Below are positions 1-11,228 of a DNA stretch of 64,000 nucleotides, piece after piece. How positions within the stretch are numbered: the first letter of the stretch is position 1; every line of letters begins with the position of its first letter. Below the pieces are notes generated by a model. That model was not told the origin of the DNA. It searched no databases and worked only from the letters and a program-made list of their open reading frames with translations. The position numbers were made by a program, and so were the translations under genes. This DNA comes from Alphaproteobacteria bacterium (GTDB taxonomy: Bacteria > Pseudomonadota > Alphaproteobacteria > Bin95), in the NCBI GenBank assembly GCA_965205265.1, contig CBDBGH010000003.1, forward strand, positions 1,088,001 to 1,152,000. Direction: 5' to 3'.

Positions 1-63
1 TGGCCGGGGACGACTGACGCTCCCGGCTTCCGCAAAGCGACATCAATCCAAGGAGCCGATTCC

Positions 64-1275
64 ATGACCGGTCGACCGGGCCCGCTTGCGGGCGTCAAGG
101 CCGTCGCCTGCTCGACTGCGCAGGCGGGCACGGTGCCCTACATGCTGATGGCCGATCTGGGCGCCGAGGTCGTCAAGATCGAAGTGCCCGGCACCGGCGA
201 CGGCTCGCGCGCGGCCGGCGAGATCAAGGGCGGCGTCAGCTCCTTCTTCGAGACCAACAACCGGGGCGTGAAGAGCCTGACGCTCAACCTCAAGTCGGAC
301 GAGGGCCGCGCGATCCTCCACAAGCTGGTCGCGGACGCCGATGTCTTCGGGCAGAATTTCCGCCCGGGCGTCGCCGAGAAGAACGGCTTCGACTACGAGA
401 CGCTGAAGGCGATCAATCCCGCCCTGGTCTATGTGTCGATATCCGGCTACGGGCAGGCGGGGCCTCATGCGCATCTGCCGGGCACGGACGCGGTCGGCCA
501 GGCGCTCGGCGGCGTGACGGAGGCCTATGCGGGGCCCGGCGAATCCATGCGGACCGGCATCGTCTCGGTCGCGGACGAATCCTGCGCGCTGCTGGCGTTC
601 GGGGGGCTGCTGGCGGCGCTGCACTGCGCGAGGACGACCGGCGTCGGCCAGAAGGTCGAAACCTCGCTGGTGGCGGGCGTCGTGCGCCTGATGGGTTGGA
701 CCCTGACGACGACCATGTGGCGGAACCGCAACCCGATCACCGGCACGCGCATCAACGGCACCCGCGAGCGGCCCGGCATCGCCGCCAGTTTCAACGATAT
801 CGACGGGCGCCCGCTCGTCTTCCAGCTCGACCACCGGGACTGGAAGCGCGCCATGGAAGCGCTCGGCTTCTACACGGTGCTGGAGGAACGCGGCGCCGAA
901 GACCTGGGGCTGGCGATCGTGTCGGAAGAGAAGAAGGACCTGATCCTGTCCACGCTCGCCGAACTGTTCGCGACCGGCAGCCGGGAGCGCTGGGTGGAAC
1001 TGCTGCGCGCCGCCGACATCGTGTCCGCGCCGATCAACACGCTGCTGGAAGCCTCGAACGACCCCGATGTGCTGGCGAACGGCTATGTCGCCGAAAAGCA
1101 CTATCCGGAGATCGGCGAGACGCTGAAGGTCCACGGCACGCCCTGGCGCTTCTCTGAAACGCCGGTGCAGATCGGCGTTGCGCCGAAGCTCGGCGAGCAC
1201 AGTGAGGAAATCCTCGGCCGCCTCGGCTATGACGAGGCTGCGCTGGAAGGCTTGCGCGAACGCAAGGTCATCTGA
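64..1275 (+). CDS. CaiB/BaiF family (class III) CoA-transferase
   Basis: LAGVK..AQAG..LMADLGAEVVKIE, NRGVKSLTLNLK, NFRPG, YVSISGYG, conserved Asp in SVAD, C-terminal APKLGEH. Confidence 0.93.
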   Translation: MTGRPGPLAGVKAVACSTAQAGTVPYMLMADLGAEVVKIEVPGTGDGSRAAGEIKGGVSSFFETNNRGVKSLTLNLKSDEGRAILHKLVADADVFGQNFRPGVAEKNGFDYETLKAINPALVYVSISGYGQAGPHAHLPGTDAVGQALGGVTEAYAGPGESMRTGIVSVADESCALLAFGGLLAALHCARTTGVGQKVETSLVAGVVRLMGWTLTTTMWRNRNPITGTRINGTRERPGIAASFNDIDGRPLVFQLDHRDWKRAMEALGFYTVLEERGAEDLGLAIVSEEKKDLILSTLAELFATGSRERWVELLRAADIVSAPINTLLEASNDPDVLANGYVAEKHYPEIGETLKVHGTPWRFSETPVQIGVAPKLGEHSEEILGRLGYDEAALEGLRERKVI

Positions 1276-1310
1276 AGCTTCTCTCTTCTCGAAGGAACCG
1301 GGGGCATTCC

Positions 1311-2507
1311 ATGACGGGTCCGCTTGCCGGCGTCACCGTGCTCGATTTCACCCGCGTGCTGGCCGGCCCGTGGTGCACGCTCGCGCTGGCCGATCTCGGC
1401 GCCGAGGTCATCAAGATCGAGAACCCGAAGGGCGGCGACGACACGCGCCGTTTCGACGTGCGCGAGGAACTGGCGGGCGAAAGCGCCTATTTCGTCTTCG
1501 CCAACCGCAACAAGAAGAGCCTCGCGCTCAACATCGCCGCACCGGAGGGCCGGGAGGTCGCGCGCCGGATCGCCGCCCGCGCCGACATCCTGGTCGAGAA
1601 CTTCCGGCCCGGCGTGATGGCGCGGCTCGGTCTCGACTTCGAGAGCCTTCGCGAAACCAATCCGGGCCTCGTCTATTGCTCCATCTCCGGCTACGGCCAT
1701 GCGAGCCCCTTGCGGGAAGTCGCCGGCTACGACCCGGTGGCGCAGGCCGAGGGCGGCATGATGGCGATCACCGGCGAAGCCGATGGCGGGCCGTTGCGCA
1801 CCGGCATCTCCTATGCTGATATATTCAGCGGATATAACGCTTTGCAGGGCGTTCTTGCCGCGCTTTACCATCGCGAGCGGACCGGCGAGGGCCAGGCCAT
1901 CGACATCGCGCTGCTCGACGGCGCGGTGGCCTCGCTCGCCAACCAGGCGCAGGTGACGCTCATCACCGGCCGCGACACCGGGCGCTACGGCAACGACCAT
2001 CCGTTCCTGGAGCCGTTCGGGTTGGCCGAGACCGCCGACGGGCCGCTCTATCTCGTCATCGGCAATGACCGGCAGTGGGAGCGCTTCTGCCGGGACGTGA
2101 TCGGGCGCCCGGACCTGGTGGACCACCCCCGTTTCCGCGATAACGCCGCCCGCCTCGCCAACCGGGAGGAGAACCGGGCGGTGCTCGCGGAGATTTTCGC
2201 CGCCGACACCCGGGCCGGCTGGATGGCCAGGTTCCGCGCCGCCGGCGTCCCCGCAGGCGCAGTCCGGAGCATTTCCGAAGCGCTGGCCGCGCCGGAAGTA
2301 CGCGCCCGCGGCATGGTGCAGCCGGTGGACCATCCCAGGGCCGGCCGATTCGAGGCCGTGGCCTCGCCGGTCCATCTCTCCGCCACTCCGACCGCAGCAC
2401 CCGTCGCTGCGCCGACGCTCGGCCAGCACACGGACGAGGTGCTGGCCGCCTTCGGCTACGATGCGGAGGAGATCGCCCACTTCCGCGCCGACGGCGTCGC
2501 CGCCTGA
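1311..2507 (+). CDS. CaiB/BaiF family (class III) CoA-transferase
   Basis: GPLAGVTVLDFTRVLAGPW, LADLGAEVIKIE, NRNKKS, ENFRPG, APTLGQHT. Confidence 0.95.
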   Translation: MTGPLAGVTVLDFTRVLAGPWCTLALADLGAEVIKIENPKGGDDTRRFDVREELAGESAYFVFANRNKKSLALNIAAPEGREVARRIAARADILVENFRPGVMARLGLDFESLRETNPGLVYCSISGYGHASPLREVAGYDPVAQAEGGMMAITGEADGGPLRTGISYADIFSGYNALQGVLAALYHRERTGEGQAIDIALLDGAVASLANQAQVTLITGRDTGRYGNDHPFLEPFGLAETADGPLYLVIGNDRQWERFCRDVIGRPDLVDHPRFRDNAARLANREENRAVLAEIFAADTRAGWMARFRAAGVPAGAVRSISEALAAPEVRARGMVQPVDHPRAGRFEAVASPVHLSATPTAAPVAAPTLGQHTDEVLAAFGYDAEEIAHFRADGVAA

Positions 2508-2570
2508 ACGGACGGCCCGCCGACCCGGCGTTTGCGCTAAGGTGGCGGCGCTTCATACGGGGGACCGGAC

Positions 2571-4886
2571 ATGCCTGACGGGACGCAGACCTCATTCGGG
2601 GCAAGCCATTGGGGCGCCTTCACGGCCGAAACGAAAGACGGGCGGCTGGTCGGCGTGAGGCCGTTCGACAAGGACCCGAGCCCGGCGCCTTTCATCCGGG
2701 CGCTTCCCGATGCCGTCCATGCCGAATGCCGCATCGCAACGCCTGCCGTGCGCAAGTCCTGGCTGGAGGACGGGCCGGGCGCCAATACCGCCGCACGCGG
2801 CGCCGAGCCTTTCGTGCGGGTGAGCTGGGAGCGCGCGCTCGACCTGGTGGCGGCCGAGCTCCAGCGGGTCCGGAAGGCGTACGGCAACGAAGCCATTTAC
2901 GGCAGTTCCGGCTGGGGCAGCGCAGGCGTTTTCCACAATGCGCGCAGCCAGCTTTCGCGTTTCCTGAACCTCCATGGCGGCTTCGTGGACCAGGTGACGA
3001 GCTTCAGCGTCGGCGCGGCGAGCGTCATCGTTCCGCGCATCGTCGGTTCGATGCAGCCGGTGTTCGGCCCGGTCAACACATGGCCCGCGATTGTGGAGCA
3101 CACGGAGCTGATGGTGGCGTTCGGCGGCATGCCGCCCAAGAACGCCATGGTCAACCAGGGCGGCGTCGGCGCGCACGACGCTCCCGACTGGCACCGGCGC
3201 GCGGCGGAATCCGGGACCCGGTTCGTGTGCATCGGTCCGATCCGCGATGACACGGCGGCCGACATCGGGGCCGAGTGGCTTCCCGTGCGGCCCAACACCG
3301 ACCTCGCGGCGATGCTGGGGCTCGCGCACACATTGCTGGAGGAAGGGCTGCATGACGCCGGTTTCCTCGCCCGCTATTGCACCGGGTTCGACAGGCTGGC
3401 CGCCTACCTTCTCGGCGAGGCGGACGGAACCGCCCGCGACGCCGACTGGGCCGCGGATATTTCCGGGATACCGGCCGGGACGATCCGCGGCCTCGCGCGC
3501 CGGATGGCGTCTTCGCGCACGCTGATCGGCGTCAGCTGGTCGGTCCAGCGCGCCGACCGCGGCGAGCAGCCCTACTGGATGACCATCGCGCTGGCGGCGA
3601 TGCTGGGCCAGATCGGCCTGCCCGGCGGCGGGTTCGGCTTCGGCTACGGTGCCATGCACGGCATCGGCGACCCGACCCGGCAGGTGGCGCCGCCCGGGCT
3701 TCCCAGGGGAACCAACGCCATCGCCAATACCATCCCGGTCGCGCGGCTGGCGGACATGATGCTGGGCCCGGGCGCGCCCTACCGCTTCAACGGAGAGGAC
3801 CGCCGCTATCCCGACACAAGGCTGATCTACTGGTGCGGCGGCAACCCGTTCCACAAGCACCAGGACCTGAACAACCTGCTCAAGGGCTGGGCGAAACCGG
3901 ACACGATCGTCATTCACGAGCCCTGGTGGACGCCGGCGGCCAAGCGGGCCGATATCGTGCTGCCCTGCACGACCACGCTCGAACGCAACGACATCGCGGC
4001 CTCCCAGTTCGACCGCTTCGTTACCGCCAGCCAGCAGGCCATCGACCCGGTGGGCGAGGCGCGCAGCGAATACGACATATATACCGGCCTTGCCGGGCGG
4101 CTCGGATTCGCGGACGCCTTCACCGAGGGCCGCAGCGAGATGGAGTGGCTGCGCCACCTCTACGACCTTTACCGCCAGCGCGTTGCCGGGGACGGCATCG
4201 AAATGCCGGGCTTCGACGCCTTCTGGGAAGCCGGCCATTTCGAGATTCCGGTGCCGGCGAGCCCGCCGGTCCCCTTCGCCGATTTCCGCGCGGACCCCGC
4301 AGGCGCGCCGCTCAACACCCCGTCGGGACGCATCGAGATCTACTCCGAGACCATTGCCGGGTTCGGATATGACGACGCGCCGGGCCATCCGACCTGGGCG
4401 GAGCCGGTGGAGTGGCTCGGCAGCGCCAGGGCGGAGCGTTTCCCGCTGCATATGCTCTCGAACCAGCCGCGCGCGCGCCTCCACAGCCAGCTCGATTGCG
4501 GTTCGGTCAGCCGGGCTGCGAAGGTCGCGGGCCGCGAGGCGATGCGCATGAATCCCGCCGACGCTGCGGAAAGGGGCATCGCGGACGGCGACGTCGTGCG
4601 CGTCTTCAACGACCGGGGCGCCTGCCTTGCCGGCGCCGTCCTCAGCGATGCGATTCGCCGGGGCGTGGTCGAGCTCGCGACCGGCGCCTGGTTCGATCCC
4701 GTCGATCCGGTGGTGCCGGGCAGCCTGGAAAAGCACGGCAACCCCAATGTGCTCACCACCGACAAGCCGACCTCGACGCTTACCCAGTGCAGCGCCGCCC
4801 AGACCGCGCTCGTCGAGGTCGAGCGGTTCGAAGGCGAGCCGCCCGAGATCACCGCATTCACGCCTCCGACGGTTCTCGAAGCGTGA
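2571..4886 (+). CDS. Molybdopterin-dependent S/N-oxide reductase (BisC/DMSO/TMAO reductase family), no Tat signal
   Basis: ASHWG, VRKSWL, FVRVSWE, WTPAAKRADIVLP, TPSGRIE, RLHSQ, GNPNVLT motifs. Confidence 0.92.
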   Translation: MPDGTQTSFGASHWGAFTAETKDGRLVGVRPFDKDPSPAPFIRALPDAVHAECRIATPAVRKSWLEDGPGANTAARGAEPFVRVSWERALDLVAAELQRVRKAYGNEAIYGSSGWGSAGVFHNARSQLSRFLNLHGGFVDQVTSFSVGAASVIVPRIVGSMQPVFGPVNTWPAIVEHTELMVAFGGMPPKNAMVNQGGVGAHDAPDWHRRAAESGTRFVCIGPIRDDTAADIGAEWLPVRPNTDLAAMLGLAHTLLEEGLHDAGFLARYCTGFDRLAAYLLGEADGTARDADWAADISGIPAGTIRGLARRMASSRTLIGVSWSVQRADRGEQPYWMTIALAAMLGQIGLPGGGFGFGYGAMHGIGDPTRQVAPPGLPRGTNAIANTIPVARLADMMLGPGAPYRFNGEDRRYPDTRLIYWCGGNPFHKHQDLNNLLKGWAKPDTIVIHEPWWTPAAKRADIVLPCTTTLERNDIAASQFDRFVTASQQAIDPVGEARSEYDIYTGLAGRLGFADAFTEGRSEMEWLRHLYDLYRQRVAGDGIEMPGFDAFWEAGHFEIPVPASPPVPFADFRADPAGAPLNTPSGRIEIYSETIAGFGYDDAPGHPTWAEPVEWLGSARAERFPLHMLSNQPRARLHSQLDCGSVSRAAKVAGREAMRMNPADAAERGIADGDVVRVFNDRGACLAGAVLSDAIRRGVVELATGAWFDPVDPVVPGSLEKHGNPNVLTTDKPTSTLTQCSAAQTALVEVERFEGEPPEITAFTPPTVLEA

Positions 4887-4919
4887 GGGGAGCGCTTCTC
4901 CGTCCGCCGGGAGTGAGCG

Positions 4920-5591
4920 CTACGAGACGATGGGCAATGTCACCGCGTCGTAGTCCAGGGTGAGCGCGCGCCCTGTCCCGTCGTCTGCGAGGCGGGCGCT
5001 GAAGCTCTTGCCGGGCCTTACGCCGCCAAGCGCCGGGATCGTGCCGAGGAACATGGCGAATTCCGGCGGCACCGCCTTGTAGCCGTGGAAATAGTCCGCG
5101 ATCAGCTCCACCGGCTCGCGCACGGCCGCCATGCTTCCCCGCTGATAGGGCCCGCCGTCCATGTCGCTCTCCAGCCTGAGCGCGTCCCAGCGCGGCGCCA
5201 CATCGTCATAGCGCCAGACATCGCGGCCGAGCGGCTTCGGGCACATCTGCTTGGAGACGGCCACCGATTGCGCCTCGAACGTGCGGTCGGTGTGGTCCGA
5301 GCCGACGGCCACCAGCATGCCGTGCTCGGCCGAGCCGATCAGCACGGCCTCCGCCTCGCCGGAGCTGCCTTCGCCCAGCACCTGGATGCGCCCGGCCTGG
5401 GTCGCGAGCGAGGCGCCGACGCGGTAGTAGAGCGGCGTCCCGGACGGCGGCGCCACGCTGATCTCCTTCAACTCCTCGATATGCTCCTCGACCGCCGCTT
5501 TATCGCGGCCCGACCAGCCGGCGATGACGATGACGGAGACCGGAACCTCGATTTCCGCAACGCCCGCCGCGTCGTGCAGCCGGAATTGCAT
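4920..5591 (-). CDS. DUF2848-like protein (FAA hydrolase-like fold)
   Basis: IAGWSGRD..VEEHIEEL, SSGEAE, GSDHTDR..E..VAVSKQ.C.KP motifs; start trimmed to the ATG following a GAGGAGG RBS. Confidence 0.8.
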   Translation of the reverse strand: MQFRLHDAAGVAEIEVPVSVIVIAGWSGRDKAAVEEHIEELKEISVAPPSGTPLYYRVGASLATQAGRIQVLGEGSSGEAEAVLIGSAEHGMLVAVGSDHTDRTFEAQSVAVSKQMCPKPLGRDVWRYDDVAPRWDALRLESDMDGGPYQRGSMAAVREPVELIADYFHGYKAVPPEFAMFLGTIPALGGVRPGKSFSARLADDGTGRALTLDYDAVTLPIVS

Positions 5592-5604
5592 CGCTCTTTC
5601 CTCC

Positions 5605-6963
5605 TCAGGCCGTCCGCCGCCAGGCGGTGCCGTCCGGCCCGTCCTCAAGCGCGATGCCGCGCGCGGCCAGATCGTCCCGGATCGCGTCGGCGCGCGCGAA
5701 GTCCCGCGAGCGCCTTGCCGTCACGCGCGCCGCCACCAGCGCCTCGATCTCTTCCGCGTCGTCGCCTGCGCCATGAAGCCATGCCGTCGGGTCCTCGCGG
5801 AGCAGGCCGAGCAACTCGCCTGCGCCCAGCAGCGCGCCCGCAAGCGCCGCCTTCTCCCCGGCGTCCTCGGACCGGTTGAGCGCCGTTGCGGTCTCGTGCA
5901 TGGCGGCGATGGCGGCCGGCGTGTTGAGGTCGTCGAGCAGCGCCTCCAGCACGGCCGGCGCGGGCTCGCCCGGCTCGGCCTCTCCTGCGTCCCTGAGCGC
6001 CCGGTAAAGCCTGTCGAGGCCGGCCTTCGCCTCCGCCAGCGTGTCGGGGCCGAAATCGAGCGGCGCGCGGTAATGCGCCTGCAGCAGCGCCAGGCGCACC
6101 GCTTCGCCCGGCGTGTCGGCCAGCAGTTCGCGCACGGTCAGCACATTGCCGAGCGACTTCGACATCTTGTCGCCCTTCACGACCAGATAGCCGTTATGCA
6201 TCCAGTAGCGCACGAAGGGGGGCCCGTGGGCGCAGACGCTCTGGGCCAACTCGTTTTCATGGTGCGGGAAGATCAAGTCGGCCCCGCCGCCGTGAATGTC
6301 GAAGGCGTCGCCCAGATAGGCGCGCGACATGGCCGAGCACTCGATATGCCAGCCGGGCCGGCCCCGGCCCCAGGGGCTCGGCCAGCCGGGCAGGTCGTCC
6401 GCGCTCGGCTTCCAGAGCACGAAGTCCGCCGGATCGCGCTTGTAGGGCGCCACATCGACCCGCGCGCCCGCGATCAACTCCTCGCGGGAGTGGCGCGATA
6501 GCCGCCCGTAATCCGGCATGGAAGGCACATGGAACAGCACATGCCCGTCCGCCTCATAGGCGTGATCGTCGGCAATCAGCCTTTCGATCATCTCGATCAT
6601 TTCGCCGATATGCCCGGTGGCGCGCGGCTCGACATCGGGCGCCAGCGCGCCGAGCGCCGCCATGTCGGCGTGGAAGGCCTCCGTCGTCCGCGCCGCGATG
6701 CGGTCGATGGGCTCGCCCGTTTCCTTCGCGCGGGCGTTTATCTTGTCGTCCACATCCGTGATGTTGCGCACATAGGTCACGCGCGGATAAAGCCGCTTCA
6801 GCAGGCGGTAGAGCACGTCGAACACGACCACGGGGCGCGCATTGCCGATATGCGCGAGGTCATAGACCGTCGGCCCGCACACATAGAGGCGCACATGCTC
6901 GGGATCGAGCGGCTCAAAGGGCTCCTTGGCGCGCGCCAGCGTGTTGTGGACGGTGAGGGTCAC
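5605..6963 (-). CDS. cysS: Cysteine--tRNA ligase
   Basis: YVCGPTVY..HIGNAR, NITDVDDKI, GRPGWHIECSAM, HGGG.DL.FPHHENE, KMSKS. Confidence 0.98.
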   Translation of the reverse strand: MTLTVHNTLARAKEPFEPLDPEHVRLYVCGPTVYDLAHIGNARPVVVFDVLYRLLKRLYPRVTYVRNITDVDDKINARAKETGEPIDRIAARTTEAFHADMAALGALAPDVEPRATGHIGEMIEMIERLIADDHAYEADGHVLFHVPSMPDYGRLSRHSREELIAGARVDVAPYKRDPADFVLWKPSADDLPGWPSPWGRGRPGWHIECSAMSRAYLGDAFDIHGGGADLIFPHHENELAQSVCAHGPPFVRYWMHNGYLVVKGDKMSKSLGNVLTVRELLADTPGEAVRLALLQAHYRAPLDFGPDTLAEAKAGLDRLYRALRDAGEAEPGEPAPAVLEALLDDLNTPAAIAAMHETATALNRSEDAGEKAALAGALLGAGELLGLLREDPTAWLHGAGDDAEEIEALVAARVTARRSRDFARADAIRDDLAARGIALEDGPDGTAWRRTA

Positions 6964-7083
6964 GGCTTCGTCTCCGGCTCCGTTCGGTCGTTTGTCGTCG
7001 GCAGGCGGATATAGGGCAAGCGAGGGCCTGCGTATATGTCCTTGCCGGATGCGGCCGCGGCGCCGCTGGCCGCCGGACTGCGC

Positions 7084-7674
7084 CTACAGGGTGAGTCCCG
7101 GCGGATCCGGCGCGCCCAGCTCCGCACGCACGCGGGACGCGGTCTCCACGTCCCGCGCCCACTCGTAAAACACGCCCTTGACGGTGGTGAGCACGGTCCC
7201 GGTGCCGGCGAGGCGCCTGAGGCCGTGTTCGTGGTTCGGCGGCGGAGAGCCGCAGGCGTCCGCCACCACGGCAGCCCGGTAGCCCGCCGCGCGCAGCCCG
7301 AGCGCCGATTGCGCCACGCAGACATCCGTCTCCAGTCCCGCCAGCACGAAGCAGTCCCGCCCCAGGGCTTCCAGCGCGGCGCGGATATCCGCCTGGCCCC
7401 AGAGGCCGAAGACCCGCTTGTCGAACACCGGCGGCGCTCCGGCGGGCAGGCAGCGGGCGAGCGCCGGCACAAGCGGGCCGAGGCGCCTCGTGTCCTCGGC
7501 GGTGGCGACGACCGGAATGTCGAGCGCGCCCGCCGCCCGCATCAGCCACGCAATCCGCCCGACCAGCGGGCCGCGCCAGCCGAGCGGCAGCTTGTCCAGG
7601 AAATGTTGCTGCACGTCGATGACGAGAAGGCAGGAGCGGCCCCGCTCGATCGGGCCAAGGTCCGGGTCCATCAC
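7084..7674 (-). CDS. Isochorismatase family cysteine hydrolase
   Basis: LLVIDVQ, FDKRVF, GLETDVCVAQSA, VVADACGS. Confidence 0.88.
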   Translation of the reverse strand: MMDPDLGPIERGRSCLLVIDVQQHFLDKLPLGWRGPLVGRIAWLMRAAGALDIPVVATAEDTRRLGPLVPALARCLPAGAPPVFDKRVFGLWGQADIRAALEALGRDCFVLAGLETDVCVAQSALGLRAAGYRAAVVADACGSPPPNHEHGLRRLAGTGTVLTTVKGVFYEWARDVETASRVRAELGAPDPPGLTL

Positions 7675-7704
7675 GCCTGCGCCTCCTTTCGCGGGGCTTT
7701 GGCT

Positions 7705-8393
7705 TTATGCCGCCGCAATCTCCTCCTGGAAGCGGAGCGCGGCGGCGCGGGGTTCGGGCGCACGGAGGATTTCGCGGGCGACGACGAGGTAGTCCGCGCC
7801 GGCGGCGATGGCGGCGCGCGGGGTCGCGACCCGCTTCTGGTCATCGGCGGAAGAGCCGGGCAGGCGGATGCCGGGGGTGACGATCAGCATGTCGGGCCCC
7901 AGCGCCTCGCGGAGCATGGCGGCTTCCCGGCCCGAGGCGACCACGCCGTCCATGCCGGCTTCCTTCGCATGGCCTGCGCGCGCCAGCACAAGTTCCTCGA
8001 CCGTGCCGCGCCAGCCGAGTTCGCGGATGCTGGCTTCGTCCATGTCCGTGAGCACGGTGATGGCAAGCAGGCGCGTCCCGGAAGCGCCCCGGCCCCGGCG
8101 CGCGGCTTCCATGACCTGCCGGTCTCCATGCACCGTCAGCAGGTCCGCTCCGAGCGTTGCCGCTCCCCGCGCAGCGTTTTCGACCGTCTGCCCGATATCC
8201 CAGGCCTTGGCGTCGAGAAACAGCCGGCAGCCCTCCGCCGCGAGATCGCGCGCAAGCTCGATGCCGCCGATATAGAAGAGGCCGAGGCCGATCTTGTAGA
8301 AGCGCGCGGCATCGCCGATTCGCTCCACGACCCACCGGGCGCTGTCGCAGTCCGGCGTGTCGAGGCCGACGATCAGGCGGTCGCGCGGATCGG

Positions 8394-8397
<4 letters not shown>
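7705..8397 (-). CDS. pyrF: Orotidine-5'-phosphate decarboxylase
   Basis: LIVGLD, YKIG, FLDAKAWDIGQTV (DxKxxDIxxT), ITVLT, VTPGIR, DDQKR. Confidence 0.95.
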
Positions 8398-10397
<2,000 letters not shown>

Positions 10398-10521
10398 GAT
10401 GCAGGCATCTCTCGAAAGGGCCCCCGCTCGACGCCGCCACCATAGCCGCGCCGTCGCACGGGCGGAAGACGGCAGCGGGCGGCCGTTGCATCCCGTCAGG
10501 CGGGCGCGCATATTCGGCGCC

Positions 10522-10767
10522 ATGAAGGAGATTGCCGCCAAGGAAGCGGGACTGGGTCCCATTCTCGACGCCGCCCGGAAGGCGCCCGTTCGCATCGCTG
10601 GCGAAGACGGGACGGTGTGCGTGGCGATGTCGCTCGAACGCTATGAGTGCCTTCGCGGAGCTGCCTGGGACCGGCTTGTCGCGACGATGGATGCAATGTC
10701 GGAAAGAGCCGCAGCCAATGGTTTGACCGAAGCGAAACTCGAAGCGCTTCTGGCCGATGACAGTTAG
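10522..10767 (+). CDS. Phd/YefM-like antitoxin
   Basis: 81 aa, MKEIAAKEA..LDAARKAPVRI....VAMSLERY, C-terminal GLTEAKLEALL; overlaps the PIN gene. Confidence 0.75.
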   Translation: MKEIAAKEAGLGPILDAARKAPVRIAGEDGTVCVAMSLERYECLRGAAWDRLVATMDAMSERAAANGLTEAKLEALLADDS

Positions 10768-11191
10768 GCGCGTCGTCGTCGATACAAATATTCTAATCAG
10801 TGCGGCGCTTCACACCGGAGGATTGCCGCGAACGGTTGTCGATATTTTGAAGGACTCCGATATTCGGCTCCTGTTTTGCGAGGAGACTTTGGAGGAGCAG
10901 AGCAGCCGTTTGCGACGGCCGAAATTCGCCCGTTATTGGGATGAAGGAGAACTCGAAGCCTATCTCGGCGAAGTCGAAGCCGCAGCGGAATGGGTCGCAA
11001 TTTCCGGAAAGCCCATGGGCTGTCGGGACCGGGACGACGACAAGTTTCTGGAAACGGCGATCGAGGGCGGTGCGGATTGCCTGGTTACCGGGGACCGGGA
11101 CTTGCTGGAGATGTCCCCCTTCATGGGCTTTCCAATCCTCTCACCCTCGGATTTCCTTGCACATTGGAATGAGGCCTGCCCGCAGGATTGA
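10757..11191 (+). CDS. PIN-domain putative toxin
   Basis: VVVDTNILISA, CRDRDDDKFLETA, LVTGDRDLL. Confidence 0.9.
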   Translation: MTVRRVVVDTNILISAALHTGGLPRTVVDILKDSDIRLLFCEETLEEQSSRLRRPKFARYWDEGELEAYLGEVEAAAEWVAISGKPMGCRDRDDDKFLETAIEGGADCLVTGDRDLLEMSPFMGFPILSPSDFLAHWNEACPQD

Positions 11192-11228
11192 GACGGCCGG
11201 GAAGCCCGTCCTCGTGTAAACTGGCGGC

